Origin: Tubiluchus corallicola
Taxonomy: Eukaryota > Animalia > Priapulida
Length of the DNA: 64,000 bases
NCBI GenBank assembly: GCA_030141605.1
Contig: JAQGDQ010002370.1
Span: 771,167-835,166, forward strand
Reading direction: 5' to 3'
In this document: piece by piece, positions 61,101 through 64,000 of the stretch
Layout of the letters: each line of letters starts with the position of its first letter
Numbering within the stretch: position 1 is the stretch's first letter
Notes under the pieces: model-generated
Database searches by the model: none
Told to the model about the DNA's origin: nothing
Seen by the model: the letters and a program-made list of their open reading frames with translations, nothing else
Made by a program: the position numbers and the translations under genes

Positions 61101-64000
61101 CTATTCACTAATAAAAAGAAATAACAACAATAGTGCAATGATGCGTGACCATTCATTTAACAAACGCAGCATTGAATCGAAAGATAAACAAGCTAAGGAA
61201 AATTGTATGAGAACATCAGTGGTCCAAAATGTAATAATAAAAATTAATATAAAAAGTGCCACCTATTAATAGAAGTAACTTACATCACTATAGCACGTTT
61301 GGGCGCATTTATCAGCCGTGTCTACGTCTTCAACCTTATCAGGTTCGACAGGAAGAACTTTTCCGGGATGGTGAATAAAAGCAGTTAAATAACTTCCTAA
61401 AAATTAGTGACAGAAACATAATTATGACTCTAAAGGTTTTCAAATGCAAACAAATTAGATTTAAAAATACTGGAGTTTATTGCATGTCGCACAGCAAAAT
61501 TCAAATCCCGCCACGAATAGCATGGGTTGGTTCGCTCCTTTTTGTAAAACCACCAAAGCCTTTTTCTATCAACAAAGCGAAACTTTTTTCTTTATTTGTA
61601 GTTCTTTACTAGCACTTTCTCATTTTTTGCCTACTGTCTCGATATTCAGCTAAATTGAACAGGTTTGCAGCTCAGACTCGCTTATGAACTTCTCAAAAGT
61701 TATGAGTTCTAGGTGTCCATTGCAAGAACTATGCATTTTTTGCATTAGCACCTGATTATGAACCATTTGGAAGGCCGAAGCTCTAATTCTCAACATACAC
61801 CTGAGAAATTAAGCACCCGATCATTCATTCACTCATTCTTTGTCCATCCATTAGAGACCAGAAATCATACCTGCCTTTTGCAACGCTCAAAAATAAGAAA
61901 ATCGATAGTACAGATAGCAAGTGGAATCAGAGAAATCCAGATAAGGAGCTCTGTTGAAAGGACAAAGAAAGCAAACTGTTACAAACTGAATAAGCAGTAA
62001 AGTTTAACATCAAAATTTTTATTCAGCAAAGTTCAGCAAACTGCATGCTAAAAAACTAGAATTCAACAGTAAAGTACTTTAATTTTGAACAGGTGTGGCA
62101 AAAAATTGAACTGAACCGTCAATGGTGCCATAGCCACAGGTTCTGGTGAGTGTAGGTGTCTCAATGAAATAAACAGCATAGGAAGTAAGTAGATCAAACT
62201 CTCACATACAGTTCTTTCAGCAGCCACCCATCCATTTCGGTCTTGGTTCAATCCTACTTAACCAAGCAAAAGTATAGTTCGCTACGATAGCTCATCAATC
62301 CACTCAAAAGGAGGATAAAACAGCAAGTTTCGGTTAAAGCTTTATTAGAAAATGTCACATACGAAAGTTAATTATTAATTTATTAACCATTTCCTCGCTA
62401 TTGAGATAAAAATTTAATCACTCACGTCCGAAGATGGTACAAGAATCCATGGGACCCATACCACTTGAAGGTATTTCATCTATGAAGTCACTCGTTAATC
62501 GACACTCTAGCAGTGACGGGCAGTAGCTAAATGACTCGCACTGTAATCAAAATAAAAGGCATGTATTTTGTCTTTGTCTAATAAGAAAAAATTAGTTCTG
62601 ATGCCTTAGAGCAACGAAATGTTAAGTCGACAATATTTTTAACGAGCTAAAAAAGAAATAATTCTAAAATAGGCAAACACTCATATCTTATCTAGTTTTT
62701 AAATAATATCATTTAAGTCAAAAAATATTGTCTATCCTTTTTACATTTATACTAAAAAAGGCATTGATCACGCAATAATATTGATTTTAGAAAGTTCAAA
62801 AATCGTATGATACATGCTATGAAAAATACGAATACGTATTTTCATCACTTGACACTGTTTTAACAATTCATCAGGAAAGCAGAAAATACTAACGTTTGCA
62901 AAAACAGTCAATATTCAACAAACGTGAATTTATAACGAATTCCTACGAGCCATCCGGCATTTCATTAGGAGAAATGGTGGAATAGAACAGATTACAAGCT
63001 TCACTGCAAGTAAACTGCTACATTGTTTAATGTAGTTAGTATGTGTGAAAATTAGTCTGTGCGAAAACATAGTCTCACACAGAGTAATTTTAAAGTGTAC
63101 TTTTTGCGTCTTTTTTCCTGGATTAAATTAGTCTGTTTTCGAAAATATTCTGTGTGGGGCTACAGAATAAGGCAAAAGGTTGATAAAGAAACTTCACGCT
63201 CCGAGTTTGAGTCCGCTGAAGAAGATTCTGATTGAAAAGTCCGCTCTAAGGTTCAGTCGTTTAAATTTAATTGAAAATAAGCATCGCATTGGAATAAAAA
63301 AAATGTAATTGGTCTGTGTCGAAAATTAGTCTAACGCAGACTAAATTTGATAGTGCACGTTGAAAAGTGAGTTTAAAAATTACTCACACAGACGAATTAC
63401 GCTAAACAGTGTAGCAAATAGAGGAATTTGACAAAATAACATTTACGTGGATAATTTGTTCCCGCTTTTGTGTATGAATCTACATAACCGAACATGACCC
63501 TTGTTCAGATGCTCATCCATGCAATTACAAACAGACCATGCTCAACTATTGGAGACTATAGTCATGTAAACAAAGACAATTTTAAAAGCGCTGTATCATA
63601 TATACAAGTTTGTGGAAAAGCTTAAATGAATACCTTTTCATCCAGAGCATTCACGCACTCGCTTTCACAACCTTCCAGTGTCACGCCCACTATTACCCTG
63701 GAACTGGTTAGCGTCATTTCCTCGTAACCCACCACGAACTGCTCTGAAAACCAACGTTTGTTTATTAGAAGTATTTACGAAATTGTCCTGCACAATGTAC
63801 TACAACCTACAAAATTTATAAAGAATGAACCAGTCAGTTCAGAGTTAAAGTTTTATAGTTCAGGTACAGCTGTAGAGTTTAAATTTATAAAATACTGCTC
63901 ATTTTCCGTGAAGGTTGTATGTTCGATACCACCTGATCTTCAAAACGTTCGGACCTGGTAAAGCAGGAGCTGACAGAGATGGTCTTACTTCCTTGCATGT
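53848..64000 (-). CDS. Multi-PAN/apple-domain type-I membrane protein, 5'-partial; exons >64000-63989, 63743-63634, 62540-62426, 61396-61284, 60418-60262, 59500-59379, 58560-58419, 57018-56905, 53972-53848
   Basis: All junctions are GT-AG and in frame (about 335 aa). Three repeats of CxxxC...CxSF(S/E/D)xC...C...C (CESEC..CESFSYC; CAQTC..CLSFEFC; CAKFC..CRSFDMC), a P/T-rich stalk, [27 protein letters not shown] and tail [18 protein letters not shown]-track hits 60059-60436 and 59292-59492 are single exons read through into introns. The 12-nt edge exon is least certain. Confidence 0.88.
54031..54103 (+). repeat. (ATGT)n microsatellite
   Basis: Directly visible. Confidence 0.95.
54104..55090. 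mobile_element. Possible solo LTR (~987 bp) in the last intron of the PAN gene
   Basis: Ends TGTGATTGTTC...GGACCATCACA (9/11 inverted, TG..CA); internal direct repeat TTTAACGYCTACGTGAAGATAACA; target-site duplication unclear because flanks are microsatellite. Confidence 0.45.
57335..57460 (+). pseudogene. Possible degenerate THAP-domain fragment (transposon-derived)
   Basis: [28 protein letters not shown] resembles THAP LFRFP..W...R..W.PT; stop and frameshift present. Confidence 0.35.
63016..63416. mobile_element. MITE in a PAN-gene intron
   Basis: Inverted ends TGCTACATTGTTTAATGTAGTTAGTATGTGTGA / TCACACAGACGAATTACGCTAAACAGTGTAGCA; internal AATTAGTCT subrepeats. Confidence 0.7.

Overview
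AT-rich, repeat-dense, intron-containing DNA that looks like an invertebrate animal genome. Most ORFs in the supplied track are spurious (microsatellites, transposon debris, antisense reads). Manual splicing on the minus strand gives three genes. Two are tandem paralogous 12-cysteine LYPD6-like Ly6/three-finger genes: copy A is complete (3 exons, 159 aa); copy B has 2 firm exons plus a probable signal-peptide exon about 31.5 kb upstream. The third is the 3' part (8 complete exons plus a probable 12-nt edge exon) of a type-I membrane protein with at least 3 tandem variant PAN/apple domains. Introns contain Harbinger-derived inverted dimers, Academ-like remnants, RTE and CR1/L2-like LINE fragments, several MITE families, SINE heads, microsatellites and a near-perfect 0.9-kb tandem duplication with a templated junction. 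All calls are by eye; no database search was run. I found no evidence of a wholly new system. The best leads are the divergent Ly6 pair, the variant PAN receptor and the rearrangement signatures.
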